The notes: generated by a model not told the origin, from the letters alone. A DNA stretch of 64,000 nt from an uncultured cyanobacterium (GCA_963710605.1 CAVQBA010000004.1:416001-480000), one strand, 5' to 3'. Positions 20,310 through 31,544 are shown, counted from the first letter of the stretch. Program-made: numbers and translations.

Positions 20310-22001
20310 GTGACTTATTCTAACTTCAATTCTAATACACGAGATGGTGAACCTTTAAGAACATATTCTGCACAATCGATCGCTCGCTATTATGGTCGTC
20401 GTCCTTGGTTAGTAATCTGGCGAGGTTTAAGAATCTTGTTAATGCTAGGTACTTTTGCGGCAAAATTAAAACTCGATCAATGGTTCAATTTAGAAGAGCA
20501 AAACAGATTTAAAAGAGCAAGACAAATCAGGAAAATTTTAACTAAATTAGGACCAACATTTATTAAAGTAGGTCAAGCACTTTCGACACGTCCTGATTTG
20601 ATTCGGAAAGATTTTTTAGTCGAATTAATTAAATTACAAGATCAGTTACCTCCTTTTGATACCAGAATTGCTTTAGGTATTATCGAAAAGCAATTAAAAT
20701 TAACGGTAAAAGAAGCATTTAAAGAAATATCCGCTCTTCCTGTTGCCGCCGCTAGTCTAGGGCAAGTGTATAAAGGAGTTTTACATACAGGAGAAGAAGT
20801 AGCAATTAAAGTTCAACGTCCTAATTTATTACCTGTTATTACTTTAGATTTATATTTAATGCGTTGGGCGGCTCTTAATTTTGGTAAGTTTTTACCGCTT
20901 AATTTAGGTCACGATTTAGATTTAATTGTGGATGAATTTGGGACTAAGTTATTTGAAGAAATAGACTATGTTAATGAAGGTAGAAATGCTGAAAAATTTG
21001 CGGCTAATTTTCGTAATGATCCCCAAGTTAAAGTACCCTCAATTTATTGGGCATATAGTAGTCTAAATGTCTTGACTTTAGAGTGGATTAATGGTTATAA
21101 ATTAAATGATTTAGATAAAATTAGAGCCGCTGGTTTAGATATTGATCATATAGTTAGAATAGGTGTTACTTCTGGTTTAAAACAGTTATTGGAATATGGA
21201 TTTTTTCATGCTGACCCTCATCCGGGTAATTTGTTCGCTACCCCAGATGGCAGAATGGCTTATATCGATTTTGGCATGATGGATCAGTTAGATGAGGTGA
21301 CCAAAGAAACGATCGCTTCTTCTGTAGTTCAATTAATAAATAACGATTATGAGACCTTAGCTCACGATTTTGTTAAATTGGGGTTCTTAACTCCTGATAC
21401 AGATATAATACCTATAATACCTGCCTTAGAAATGGTTTTTGCTAACGTCGTGGGGCAAAGTGTTGGTAATTTTAATTTCAAAACGATTACCGATGAATTT
21501 TCTGAGTTGATGTATGAATATCCTTTCCGTGTACCAGCTAAATTTGCTTTGATTATTCGTTCACTGGTAACTCAAGAAGGTTTAGCTTTAAGTTTGAATC
21601 CTGATTTTCGGATTGTTGAGGTTTCTTTCCCTTACATTTCTCGTCGCTTGTTAACTGAAGAGTCTCCTGCAATGCGTAAACGTTTAATTGAAGTGTTATT
21701 TAAAGACGGCAAGTTTCAGTGGCAAAGGTTAGAAAATATGATTGAAATAGCCAGAGACGATCGACAATTCGATCTTTTACCGACCGCAGGTTTAGGTTTA
21801 CAATATTTAGTTTCTGATGAGGGTAAGTATCTACGTCAACAGTTAATTTATGCTTTAATTGAAGACGATCGATTACATACTACTGAAGTTAGAAGATTAT
21901 GGACATTACTTCAACCTGAATTTAAACCTGAAAAAATTTGGGATGCGGCAATACTGGCATGGCAACAATTTTCTAATAACGAAACCGTAGTTACACGTTA
22001 A
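20310..22001 (+). CDS. ABC1/AarF/UbiB atypical kinase
   Basis: LGPTFIKVGQALSTRPD, AAASLGQVY, VAIKVQRP, FFHADPHPGN, DFGMM. Confidence 0.93.
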   Translation: MTYSNFNSNTRDGEPLRTYSAQSIARYYGRRPWLVIWRGLRILLMLGTFAAKLKLDQWFNLEEQNRFKRARQIRKILTKLGPTFIKVGQALSTRPDLIRKDFLVELIKLQDQLPPFDTRIALGIIEKQLKLTVKEAFKEISALPVAAASLGQVYKGVLHTGEEVAIKVQRPNLLPVITLDLYLMRWAALNFGKFLPLNLGHDLDLIVDEFGTKLFEEIDYVNEGRNAEKFAANFRNDPQVKVPSIYWAYSSLNVLTLEWINGYKLNDLDKIRAAGLDIDHIVRIGVTSGLKQLLEYGFFHADPHPGNLFATPDGRMAYIDFGMMDQLDEVTKETIASSVVQLINNDYETLAHDFVKLGFLTPDTDIIPIIPALEMVFANVVGQSVGNFNFKTITDEFSELMYEYPFRVPAKFALIIRSLVTQEGLALSLNPDFRIVEVSFPYISRRLLTEESPAMRKRLIEVLFKDGKFQWQRLENMIEIARDDRQFDLLPTAGLGLQYLVSDEGKYLRQQLIYALIEDDRLHTTEVRRLWTLLQPEFKPEKIWDAAILAWQQFSNNETVVTR

Positions 22002-22033
22002 ATTAGCAGTTATAAATAATATCAATTAAAGAT

Positions 22034-22358
22034 GTGGAGATAAGGTATGTCTTGTCTCTATCTACTACTATAGCAGTAGCCATAACAGTTAAAACAAATG
22101 TAAAAGCTCAAACTATTAATATATAAGCATTTTACCTTTGCCCTTTGCACGAGTGCCCTTTGCCCTTTGCTATAATGTGTAATAGTTAATTGTTCAAAGG
22201 TTAAACCATCGCTCAAAGCAAAAGAATCTTTTTTATTCTTAAAATCCTCGATCGTATCGGTCAAAAAACTATAAATAATACTCGCCACAGTTTTGTCGTC
22301 TGCAAACCCAATAACAAATCAGCATTTAAAACGTAGAGACAAGGCACGCCTTGTCTTC
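22034..22358. repeat. Pair of GTAGAGAC-type REP palindromes flanking a gene fragment and a (CCCTTTG)n repeat
   Basis: GTGGAGATAAGGTATGTCTTGTCTCTA near 22034 and GTAGAGACAAGGCACGCCTTGTCT near 22333. Confidence 0.65.
22175..22265 (-). pseudogene. Fragment resembling the C-terminal domain of cyanobacterial RTX/calcium-binding proteins
   Basis: DTIEDFKNKKDSFALSDGLTFEQLTIT resembles the D-x-I-x-DF..D-x-I-x-L..GLTF-x-QL-x-I pattern; flanks decay into repeats. Confidence 0.5.
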
Positions 22359-22380
22359 ATTAGTCTCTAATAACCAATTA

Positions 22381-24675
22381 TTATTCTTCTTCATCATCAA
22401 CTATTTCTTCTGAATTATCTAATTTCAACATTAGTACACCTAAAGGAGGTAAACATAAATCGATCGAATTATTGTAATTATGGAAAAACCATTGATCAGT
22501 ATATTTACCGCCCAGATTACCCATATTGCTACCACCGTAATCACGAGAATCACTATTAAATATCTCACTGTAAAAACCAGCTTCAGGCACACCGATACGA
22601 TAATGACTATGAGGTTGAGGAGTAAAGTTACAAACCACGATTACAAAATCACCACTAATAGTACCACGACGGATAAAAACAGCTACACTATGACGACTAT
22701 CGCTACAATCAATCCATTGAAAACCTTCTTCATCAAAATCATTTTCGTATAAAGCAGGCTCACTCTTATAAATAGTATTTAAATCAATAAAAAATTGTTT
22801 GAGTTGTTTATGTTTACCATATTGAAGTAAATGCCATTCCAAATCACTAGCCACATTCCACTCACCCCATTGAGCAAATTCCATACTCATAAACAGGGTT
22901 TTTTTACCTGGATGAGCATACATATAAGTAAACAAAGATCTTAAATTAGCAAATTTTTGCCATTCATCTCCCGGCATTTTACTAATCATGCTTCTTTTAC
23001 CATGAACAACTTCATCGTGGGAAAAAGCTAAGACAAAATTTTCGCAGTGGTGATACCACATACTGAAGGTAATATTATTTTGGTGGAATTGACGAAACCA
23101 AGCATCCATCGCAAAATAGTCAAGAATATCGTGCATCCAACCCATATTCCACTTCAGATTAAACCCTAAACCTCCTTCATCGGCAGGGCGAGAAACCATT
23201 GCCCAAGAGGTTGATTCTTCGGCTATAGACAAAATACCTTGATATTTTTTAAATAAAATCTGGTTTACTTTACGTAAAAAAGCGACAGCTTCTATATTTT
23301 CTCTACCACCTAATTCATTAGGTATCCATTCTCCATCTTCTCGATCGTAATCTAAATAAAGCATTGAAGCGACTGCATCTACTCTAATTCCATCAATGTG
23401 ATATTTATCAAACCAAAACAAAGCATTAGAAACTAAAAAATTACAAACTTCATTACGTCCATAGTCAAAGACTAAAGTACCCCAACCTTTATGTTCTCCC
23501 TGACGGGGGTCAGCGTGTTCAAATAAATATGTACCATCAAAATAAGCTAAACCATGAGCATCTTTAGGAAAATGACCTGGTACCCAATCAAGTATCACAC
23601 CAAGATCGTTTTGATGACATTGATCGATAAAATACATTAAATCTTCAGGTGTGCCGTAACGAGATGTAGGGGCATAATATCCTGTAACTTGATAACCCCA
23701 CGAGCCATCAAATGGATGTTCGGCGATCGGTAACAATTCAACGTGGGTAAATCCTAATTCTTTAACATAAGGGATTAATCTTTCTGCTAATTCGTAATAA
23801 GTTAGATAACGAGCAGAGGGTTTGTATTCTGAAGCTACGACTATTTGTGCACCTTTGTCATATTGTTTGAGAGGCTCTTCGATCGATGTATGTAACCATG
23901 AACCTAAATGTACTTCGTAAATAGTAATCGGTTGAGTTAAAATATCGGTCTGTTCACGTTGCTTGAGCCATGGTTCATCCTGCCATTGATAAGAATCTAA
24001 ATCGGCGACAATTGAGGCTGTTTGGGGTCTAATTTCTTGAGTAAAGCCAAAAGGATCTGATTTGGGGTAAATATGACCTTCTGGGTTTTTAATTTCATAT
24101 TTATAATGAGTACCAAAACCTAATTCAGGTATAAATAATTCCCAGATCATATCTTGACGTTGACGCATTTGATGCTGTCTGCCATCCCATTCATTAAAAT
24201 CTCCGATTAATGATACATTACGAGCATTTGGAGCCCAAACAGCAAAACGAACTCCTTTAATGCCTGATTGTTCGGTTACATGAGCACCTAATTTATCATA
24301 AATATAGTGATGATCTCCTTGTCCAAATAAATAGATATCGTAGTCGGTGATGTAATCTTCGGTAAATTGATATGAGTCGTAGATAATTGTTTTTTGTCCA
24401 GCCTTGGTAATTTCTAATTGGTAAGGTTTTATTTCGCTTTCTTTAACCTCACACTCAAAAAAGTGAGGATGATGTAATGAGTGCATAGGAAACGATCGTT
24501 TCTTCTTTGGTAAAACTACCGATATATTAGTTGCGTCTGGGATATATGCACGAATTATCCATTTTATTGAGCCAAAAGTCTTTGATATTTGATGGCAACC
24601 CAAAATCTCAAAAGGATTATGGTGCAAATTATTGACTATTTGATTGACTTGCTCAAGACTTATTTTACTCGTCAT
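22381..24675 (-). CDS. glgB: 1,4-alpha-glucan branching enzyme
   Basis: FAVWAPNA, IYEVHLGSW, SWGYQVTGY, DGIRVDAVASM, AEESTSW, SHDEVVHGK. Confidence 0.97.
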   Translation of the reverse strand: MTSKISLEQVNQIVNNLHHNPFEILGCHQISKTFGSIKWIIRAYIPDATNISVVLPKKKRSFPMHSLHHPHFFECEVKESEIKPYQLEITKAGQKTIIYDSYQFTEDYITDYDIYLFGQGDHHYIYDKLGAHVTEQSGIKGVRFAVWAPNARNVSLIGDFNEWDGRQHQMRQRQDMIWELFIPELGFGTHYKYEIKNPEGHIYPKSDPFGFTQEIRPQTASIVADLDSYQWQDEPWLKQREQTDILTQPITIYEVHLGSWLHTSIEEPLKQYDKGAQIVVASEYKPSARYLTYYELAERLIPYVKELGFTHVELLPIAEHPFDGSWGYQVTGYYAPTSRYGTPEDLMYFIDQCHQNDLGVILDWVPGHFPKDAHGLAYFDGTYLFEHADPRQGEHKGWGTLVFDYGRNEVCNFLVSNALFWFDKYHIDGIRVDAVASMLYLDYDREDGEWIPNELGGRENIEAVAFLRKVNQILFKKYQGILSIAEESTSWAMVSRPADEGGLGFNLKWNMGWMHDILDYFAMDAWFRQFHQNNITFSMWYHHCENFVLAFSHDEVVHGKRSMISKMPGDEWQKFANLRSLFTYMYAHPGKKTLFMSMEFAQWGEWNVASDLEWHLLQYGKHKQLKQFFIDLNTIYKSEPALYENDFDEEGFQWIDCSDSRHSVAVFIRRGTISGDFVIVVCNFTPQPHSHYRIGVPEAGFYSEIFNSDSRDYGGSNMGNLGGKYTDQWFFHNYNNSIDLCLPPLGVLMLKLDNSEEIVDDEEE

Positions 24676-24981
24676 TTAGTTATGCAATTGAGGGAAAGTT
24701 AGGTGAGTTTTCCATCATGATAGCCATTTTTTCGAGATTCTGATCTACTTTATTTATGTTTAGATCTAGTTTGCTTGTTTTTAGCAAATAAACGATCGAT
24801 CTTTAGTTTTCCTCTATTTTTCACTTATAAAAAACTAATTATTTTAATTTTTGGTTAAGTTAATTACCTTAATATTAAGTTGATTAAGTAATAGTTAATC
24901 AATTTAAATGATAGACAATTATGATCAAAATATCCTATAATCTTTTTAACACATTGTTAATTTTTATATGAGGTTGTATTT

Positions 24982-25164
24982 ATGCCCTATACAGAAGAAG
25001 AAGGCGGAAGATTGAATAATTTTGCTAATGAACCTAAAGTTTATGGAGCAGAACCTCCTACTGGAGCTGAAAAACGTAATTATGTTATTTTAGGTGCTTT
25101 GGCATTAGGCTTAGTTGCAGGTGTAATTGCAATTACTTTTTACGCTTCTAATGTCGGCGGTTAG
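24982..25164 (+). CDS. psb34: PSII assembly factor Psb34 (Ssl1498 family)
   Basis: MPYTEEEGGRLNNFANEPKVY followed by one C-terminal TM helix. Confidence 0.85.
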   Translation: MPYTEEEGGRLNNFANEPKVYGAEPPTGAEKRNYVILGALALGLVAGVIAITFYASNVGG

Positions 25165-25336
25165 TTGTAATCGAAAACTATTTAAAAAAATCGATCGTAA
25201 ATTAATTATTTAACTAAATATTTTTTTCATTAAAACAAAATTAATTAAACTAACTTTGTTTTAATCTTAGATAGAGGGGGTTTCCCCCTTTATTTATTAC
25301 AATTAAGACTATTTTTTGTCGTGATGGTTTTTAATT

Positions 25337-26812
25337 TTACTTATCTTTAAGAAAATCATACAAAGTAATATAATCACTTCCAGAGCTACTCCATGAGTAA
25401 TCATATTGCATTCCCTGCTGTTGCAATTTCCTAAAGTCTTCAGGGAAATAATGCCACAAACCAATTGCTCTTTCTAAAGCCGATTCCATGCCACCATAAT
25501 CACTTTGATAAAAGACAAAGCCATTTCTTGTTTCTGGTGAATGATGATAATCATAATCTTTATCAAATACTGTATCAATTAATCCGCCTACTCCACGAAC
25601 TACGGGTACAGTACCATAACGTAAACCAATTAATTGAGTCAAACCGCAGGGTTCAAAATTACTCGGAATCACAATTATATCTGCACCTGCATAAATAAGG
25701 TGAGCAAGTTCTTCATTAAAAGCTAATTCTATATGACAATCAGGGTTATCATTTAGATAATTTTTCTCATGCCAAAATCGATCGTTAATTTCTTTACCTG
25801 TAGCCGAACCAAGTAAGACAAATTGGGCATTGCGTTGTAAAGCATAATGAATAGAGTGATGGACTAACTCTACTCCTTTTTGATAATCTAATCGACCAAC
25901 ATAAGCCACCACGGGTTTATGATCATCTTTTAAAAACAATCTATTTCTTAATGCCTGACGATTGTTATTTTTGTTTTCAACAGTACTACTGTTATAATGA
26001 CTTGGCACAAAGTTGTCGTGTTCTGGATTCCAACTATTGTAATCAATACCGTTGAGAATACCGCTAAATTTACCTTGATGGATTTCTAAAGTATGACCCA
26101 AACCATAACTAACATCACTAAATCGAGCCTCCCACGCATGATGAGGAGAAACAGTTGTGACGTGGTTTGAATAAACAATACCACCCTTCATTAAATTTAA
26201 AGCAGAAGGATTAAAGTTATCTCTTAAACGATCGTAACTAAAATAATACTCACTATCATTTAATTCTACTGCACGCAGAATATCACCACTAGTTACCCCT
26301 TGGTGTTTAAAGTTATGAATCGTATAACAAACACGCTGATGATCCATACCACGCCATTTATACTTATCATATAACAAGACAGGAACTAATCCTGTTTGCC
26401 AATCATGACAATGAATAATATCAGGACGTTTGTTCGTAACACATAAAAACTCTAAAGCGGCTTTGGAAAAAAAGGCAAAACGTAAATCATCATCATCACT
26501 GCCATAATAACAACCTCGATTAAAGAAATTATCCCGAGAATGAGGCTGTATAAAAAAGCAAACTAATCCGTTTACCCAGCCACAAAAAACAGTACAATTT
26601 ATTCTACCTCCATACCAAGGTACTGATAGATTTTCATAAGCATTATGTAATCCCCAAATGTGGTCGTAACGCATACAATCATACATCGGTAAAACTATCT
26701 CTACCGTATGATTTCTTGTTTGGATGTCTTTACTTAAGCCGTAAACGACATCTCCTAATCCACCCGCTTTAATCACAGGTGCACATTCGGAGGCAATCTG
26801 AACGATGTACAT
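25337..26812 (-). CDS. glgA: Glycogen synthase
   Basis: SECAPVIKAGGLGDV, HCHDWQT, TIHN, GRLDYQKG, PSNFEPCGLTQ. Confidence 0.96.
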   Translation of the reverse strand: MYIVQIASECAPVIKAGGLGDVVYGLSKDIQTRNHTVEIVLPMYDCMRYDHIWGLHNAYENLSVPWYGGRINCTVFCGWVNGLVCFFIQPHSRDNFFNRGCYYGSDDDDLRFAFFSKAALEFLCVTNKRPDIIHCHDWQTGLVPVLLYDKYKWRGMDHQRVCYTIHNFKHQGVTSGDILRAVELNDSEYYFSYDRLRDNFNPSALNLMKGGIVYSNHVTTVSPHHAWEARFSDVSYGLGHTLEIHQGKFSGILNGIDYNSWNPEHDNFVPSHYNSSTVENKNNNRQALRNRLFLKDDHKPVVAYVGRLDYQKGVELVHHSIHYALQRNAQFVLLGSATGKEINDRFWHEKNYLNDNPDCHIELAFNEELAHLIYAGADIIVIPSNFEPCGLTQLIGLRYGTVPVVRGVGGLIDTVFDKDYDYHHSPETRNGFVFYQSDYGGMESALERAIGLWHYFPEDFRKLQQQGMQYDYSWSSSGSDYITLYDFLKDK

Positions 26813-27114
26813 AGAAAAATTTAACCCCCTTTTCTTTTATTTTGCTGTTTACTTGATTTATTTTTTTAAGCTCAAGAATGAATGACTTTGTAAATATAGA
26901 TAAATATAGAGTTAGTTACTAATGAACTAATTTTTTTACTAAAGTTTCACATTACTCAGACCATAAAAAACATCACAAAAACAATAATTCTTAAATTATA
27001 TTGTGTAACTGCAATATATTCATAACAATAATCAATAATTTAGTTCGCCATAAACAGACAAAGAATAGCACTAACAATTATTAAAGTAATTAATAAATAA
27101 TAATTAATTGTTGA

Positions 27115-27972
27115 TTATTTATTGACAGTAGATAAACTTCTTGGGGCGGCAAAAACTACTTTGGCTTTAGTCGTACCAATATATCGCCAGTGCCAAGGTT
27201 CAAAACTAACTCCTTGTGAGTTGTTGGGTATAAAGGATAATTCAAAACCGTAATCTTGAGCATTTTGAGCTAACCATTTATACGCAGGAGTAGATTCAAA
27301 TTCAAATTTCAAATCCATCTTCGGTTTTTTACCGTCACCAATATCGACTGCATAACCTGTATGATGTTCGCTATACCCTGGTGGTGCGCTGAGTTTAGCG
27401 GCGGCTTTTTTACTACCTTGTCTTTTTGTCTGTCTGGTAAATAATTGTTTTTGAACATCTACATCACGAAAACCAGAGATTAAGACTAATTCTATATTTT
27501 GTTTTTGAGCATCCGCTTTCATCTTTTTAAATACTTCGGCGGCTTCAATATCTAAATATTCAACACGATCGTAATATTTACCCATATTAACCAAACGATT
27601 AGGTGCAGTTTCGCTAAAAGGAAAATGTCCTAAATAAGTTTCCACTTTTGGTGTGGTAGTTACAGGTTCAGGTTGGGGTAAAGGTGGTCCAATAATGTTA
27701 TCATTGACTGGCTCAACATCTGAAGAATTAGAATCTGTATTGGTAGCTGTGTTTTCTTCTTCAGTTGTGGGTGTATCTAGCGGGGTATTCTTCTCAGCTA
27801 AAGAGTCTGTTGGGGTGGGATTATTTAAAGTTACTTGATTGTTATCTTCAAGACTCGCAATCGATCGAGTTTGGGGTAAATACCAGTAAGCAATGACGAC
27901 TATAATAGCCGATGCGAGTAGAAAATTTATAATTTGAAAATTAGTGAATAAAAATCTAAGTAGTTTTTTCAT
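27115..27972 (-). CDS. Membrane-anchored M15B D,D-carboxypeptidase (VanY-like)
   Basis: ISGFR, SAPPGYSEHHTGYAVD, GFELSF, FEPWHWRY; N-terminal TM helix plus Pro/Thr linker. Confidence 0.9.
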   Translation of the reverse strand: MKKLLRFLFTNFQIINFLLASAIIVVIAYWYLPQTRSIASLEDNNQVTLNNPTPTDSLAEKNTPLDTPTTEEENTATNTDSNSSDVEPVNDNIIGPPLPQPEPVTTTPKVETYLGHFPFSETAPNRLVNMGKYYDRVEYLDIEAAEVFKKMKADAQKQNIELVLISGFRDVDVQKQLFTRQTKRQGSKKAAAKLSAPPGYSEHHTGYAVDIGDGKKPKMDLKFEFESTPAYKWLAQNAQDYGFELSFIPNNSQGVSFEPWHWRYIGTTKAKVVFAAPRSLSTVNK

Positions 27973-27995
27973 AAAGATAATTAACTTTAGTTGAT

Positions 27996-29495
27996 TTAAA
28001 AGTCAACTAATTGAGAAGCCATCCAACCTTTCGTATTAGATTGAGGATGATAAATTTGATACCAGATATAATTACCCACTTTCTCACCACCTCCAATTAT
28101 CTGTAAGGTATCGCCTGTGTATGCACGACCAATAATTTGATTGTTTGTACCAGGCCCTGAGCGTATATTTTTCCGCCCTGGAGTACCACCGACAACGCCA
28201 GTTATCTTTTTATCTGGGTTTTCTGGTTCTCCAATTATACTATTGATAAGACGTAGTTTCTTGACTTCTTTTTGAGCTTGCTTGCGTAATTGCTCTTCTC
28301 TACGCCACTTTTTTTCAACATCTATTCTTAATTGTTCAGCTTTTTGACTTTTGGTTTGATTTTCTTCACTTATCTGGAGTTGCTGGGCTAATTGAGCTTG
28401 TATTTCTGCTTTTTGTTGTTCTATCTGTGCTAGTTTTGATTGATATTCGTTATTTTGATTCGAGGAAACAAAAATATAAGTGAGTAATGTTGCTACAGTT
28501 AAAAATAAGCCGACGATGAGTATAGTTTTTTTCTGCTCTAATGAGTCTTTATCAACTGAAGATGTGGTGTTATTATTATTCGTTGCAACTTTAGTAGAAA
28601 CCAAACTTTGAGGAGAATTATTCTCTTGTGTTTGAGCAAAAAATGTTTCTGAATTATTTGTGTATAAGGAAGCAACATTATGACTAGTTTTGAAATGTAA
28701 ATCTTTTGACATCGCTTCGGCGGTAGGGTAACGACTAGCGATATCCATTTGGGTTGCTTTAGTGAGTACTTTTTGCAAGTTGTTGTCTAAATCGACTTCT
28801 AGATTATCTTGCCATTCTAATTCACCTGTAATCGGATCTGAAGAGAACTCTTGAGGTAGTTTTCCTGTTAAACTATAAATCATGCTTAAACCCAGTGCAT
28901 ACAAGTCGCTACTAAATACGGTTCTGTCTGAACTTTGCTCAGGCGCCATAAAACATTGTGTTCCGATGACGATTGAAGGAACAGTTGAACTAATAGAAGT
29001 ATTAAGGCTACCCATAGTTTCTTTTACTGCTCCAAAATCAATTAAGACAGGAAGTCGATCGCTTTGCCGAATAATGATATTCTCAGGTTTGATGTCTCGG
29101 TGAATAATATTTTTCTTATGAATATATTCAAGGGTATCTAACAATGAAGAAAGAATAGAAATACATTGAGAAGAAGTAATTATTCCTAACTCAAGTAAGT
29201 TTTTACCTTCGATATATTCTTGAACTAAATAGTATTTATTCTCTTGACTAATATAAGCATAAAGTGAGGGAATTTGGGTGCAATTAGAACCTAATTCTTC
29301 TAAAACAGAAGCTTCTTTTAAAAATAATTTCTCACTGATTTCTGGCGTGATTTCATGATGATTAGATTTTAAAGATTTAAGGACAACTTTTTTTTGATTA
29401 GCACTTTGTAAATCAATGGCTAAGAATGTTTCGCCAAAGCCTCCTGAATTTAAAGATTGTAGTATTTGATAACGATCGAGTAAAATACTGTCCAT
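27996..29495 (-). CDS. Membrane Ser/Thr protein kinase with coiled coil and C-terminal SH3b-like domain
   Basis: GGFGETF, HRDIKPEN, DFG, APEQ; TM segment ILIVGLFLTVATLLTYIFV; NIRSGPGTN..WYQI..GWMASQLV. Confidence 0.9.
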   Translation of the reverse strand: MDSILLDRYQILQSLNSGGFGETFLAIDLQSANQKKVVLKSLKSNHHEITPEISEKLFLKEASVLEELGSNCTQIPSLYAYISQENKYYLVQEYIEGKNLLELGIITSSQCISILSSLLDTLEYIHKKNIIHRDIKPENIIIRQSDRLPVLIDFGAVKETMGSLNTSISSTVPSIVIGTQCFMAPEQSSDRTVFSSDLYALGLSMIYSLTGKLPQEFSSDPITGELEWQDNLEVDLDNNLQKVLTKATQMDIASRYPTAEAMSKDLHFKTSHNVASLYTNNSETFFAQTQENNSPQSLVSTKVATNNNNTTSSVDKDSLEQKKTILIVGLFLTVATLLTYIFVSSNQNNEYQSKLAQIEQQKAEIQAQLAQQLQISEENQTKSQKAEQLRIDVEKKWRREEQLRKQAQKEVKKLRLINSIIGEPENPDKKITGVVGGTPGRKNIRSGPGTNNQIIGRAYTGDTLQIIGGGEKVGNYIWYQIYHPQSNTKGWMASQLVDF

Positions 29496-29498
29496 CTT

Positions 29499-29545
29499 TG
29501 ATAATTGATAATTGATAATTGATAATTAATGATTGATAATTAATT
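29499..29545. repeat. Heptamer tandem repeat (TGATAAT)n
   Basis: Read directly. Confidence 0.8.
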
Positions 29546-29903
29546 ATTTAGTACTTGTATATGAGAAAAGATGTTTCAAAATCTTATTTTATCCTTTTTT
29601 CGTAAATAAAGTAAAACTTGCTTTGGCTCAGGGTTTAATTAATTTTAAGTAATTTTTAATTCGGTACTTCGGAGTTAAGTCGGCAAAATAGCTCAATTTT
29701 AAAATTTTAGGAAAAGTTTTTTCACAACCTTCTAACTAAGCCAACAGCAATTCTATCTAATCAACTAAAGCCAAAAAAGTTCAAAAATGTAATCTGTAGC
29801 GTATGATTAGTTATAAGCGTTGAACGCTTTGTAATATTACCTAAATATCTTAGAATTTATAATTAGTACTCGATGACTTTTTAGTTGTCAACTATCCATT
29901 ATA

Positions 29904-31544
29904 TTGCATATGACATATACAGATCTGTCGTCATCTAATCAGACTAATAAAACCGAAACCAAGTCTTTAGAAGATTGTATTTTAGGTGCGATCGATATAG
30001 GTACAAATTCAATCCATATGGTAGTGGTCAAAATCAATGCTCAGATACCTTCATTTAGAATTATAGCCAAAGAAAAAGACACAGTTAGATTAGGCGATCG
30101 AGATCCTAAAACAGGAGATTTAACTGAAGTTGCTATGGAACGGGCATTTGCCGCCCTTACTCGCTGTAAACAACTAGCTCATAGCCTACAAGTCGAACAT
30201 ATTGCAGCGGTGGCAACTAGTGCGACTCGTGAAGCAGGTAATGGACAACAATTTATCGATCGAGTTGAACGAGAATTAGGTATCGTCATCGATTTGATTT
30301 CAGGGCAGGAAGAAGCACGTCGTATTTATTTAGGTGTTTTATCAGGGATGGAATTTGGCGATGATGTTCACGCCGTTATTGATATTGGTGGTGGTTCGAC
30401 CGAAATAATTTTAGGAGATGATCAAGATACACGTTTTTTGAGTAGTACTAAAGTCGGTGCAGTCAGACTTACCCAAGAATTTGTTAGTAGTGATCCAGTT
30501 AGTACAAAAGACTTGATGCGTTTACAAGGTTACATTCAAGGAATGTTAGAACGCCCTGTTGATCAATTCAAACAAGCACTATTATCAGGAGAAAAGCCAA
30601 TTTTAGTTGGTACATCGGGTACAGCAGAAACGATCGCTACTATTCATGCTGAAAATACTCAAAAATCTGAACCTCTAACTCTTAATGGCTACACTATACC
30701 CTTAGAAGACATTGAAAATATCCTCCAGAAATTAGTCAAAATGGATTATGAGGAAAGGATGTCTGTAGGTGGTATGTCAGAACGTCGAGCTGAGATTATT
30801 ATTGCGGGTGTTACCATTATGGTAGAAGCAATGAAAATGCTAGAAATCGATCGTCTGACTATCTGTGAGCGTGCTTTAAGAGAAGGTATTATCGTTGACT
30901 GGATGTTGAAACACGGTTATATCGAAAATCGATTGGCATATCAAGGAGAAGTTCGTAACCGTAATGTTTATAAAATAGCTCATAAATATCAAGTTGATTT
31001 AGTTCATGCTGAAAAAATAGCTGAATTTGCTTTACAAATTTTTGATCAAACTCAAGGTGATTTACATAACTGGAATCAGTCACAAAGAGAATATTTATGG
31101 TCTGCGGCTATTTTACATAATTGTGGTTTGTATGTCTCTCATTCAGCTCATCATAAACATTCATACTATCTAATTCGTCATGCTGAGTTATTAGGTTTTA
31201 GTGAAATAGAAATTGAATTAGTTGCTCAAATTGCTCGTTATCACCGCAAAAGTAAGCCTAAACGTAAACATGATAATTATGGGGTTTTATCTGATCAAAA
31301 TCGGAAAATGATTAAACAACTTAGTGCTATCTTACGTTTAGCGATCGCTCTAGATCGACGTAAAATAGGTGCGATTAGAGCCTTAGAATGTAAATATGAC
31401 TTGGAGTACAAACAACTACATTTACATTTGTTTCCACGTCAGTTTAATGATGAATGTGCTTTAGAATTGTGGAGTTTAGAATACAAAAAACCAGTTTTTG
31501 AGCAGGAATTTGATCTTAAGTTATTAACTACTCTCCATAAATAA
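29904..31544 (+). CDS. ppx: Exopolyphosphatase, Ppx/GppA family
   Basis: AIDIGTNSIH, ATSATREA, DIGGGSTE, ALREG, HHKHSYYLI. Confidence 0.93.
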   Translation: MHMTYTDLSSSNQTNKTETKSLEDCILGAIDIGTNSIHMVVVKINAQIPSFRIIAKEKDTVRLGDRDPKTGDLTEVAMERAFAALTRCKQLAHSLQVEHIAAVATSATREAGNGQQFIDRVERELGIVIDLISGQEEARRIYLGVLSGMEFGDDVHAVIDIGGGSTEIILGDDQDTRFLSSTKVGAVRLTQEFVSSDPVSTKDLMRLQGYIQGMLERPVDQFKQALLSGEKPILVGTSGTAETIATIHAENTQKSEPLTLNGYTIPLEDIENILQKLVKMDYEERMSVGGMSERRAEIIIAGVTIMVEAMKMLEIDRLTICERALREGIIVDWMLKHGYIENRLAYQGEVRNRNVYKIAHKYQVDLVHAEKIAEFALQIFDQTQGDLHNWNQSQREYLWSAAILHNCGLYVSHSAHHKHSYYLIRHAELLGFSEIEIELVAQIARYHRKSKPKRKHDNYGVLSDQNRKMIKQLSAILRLAIALDRRKIGAIRALECKYDLEYKQLHLHLFPRQFNDECALELWSLEYKKPVFEQEFDLKLLTTLHK

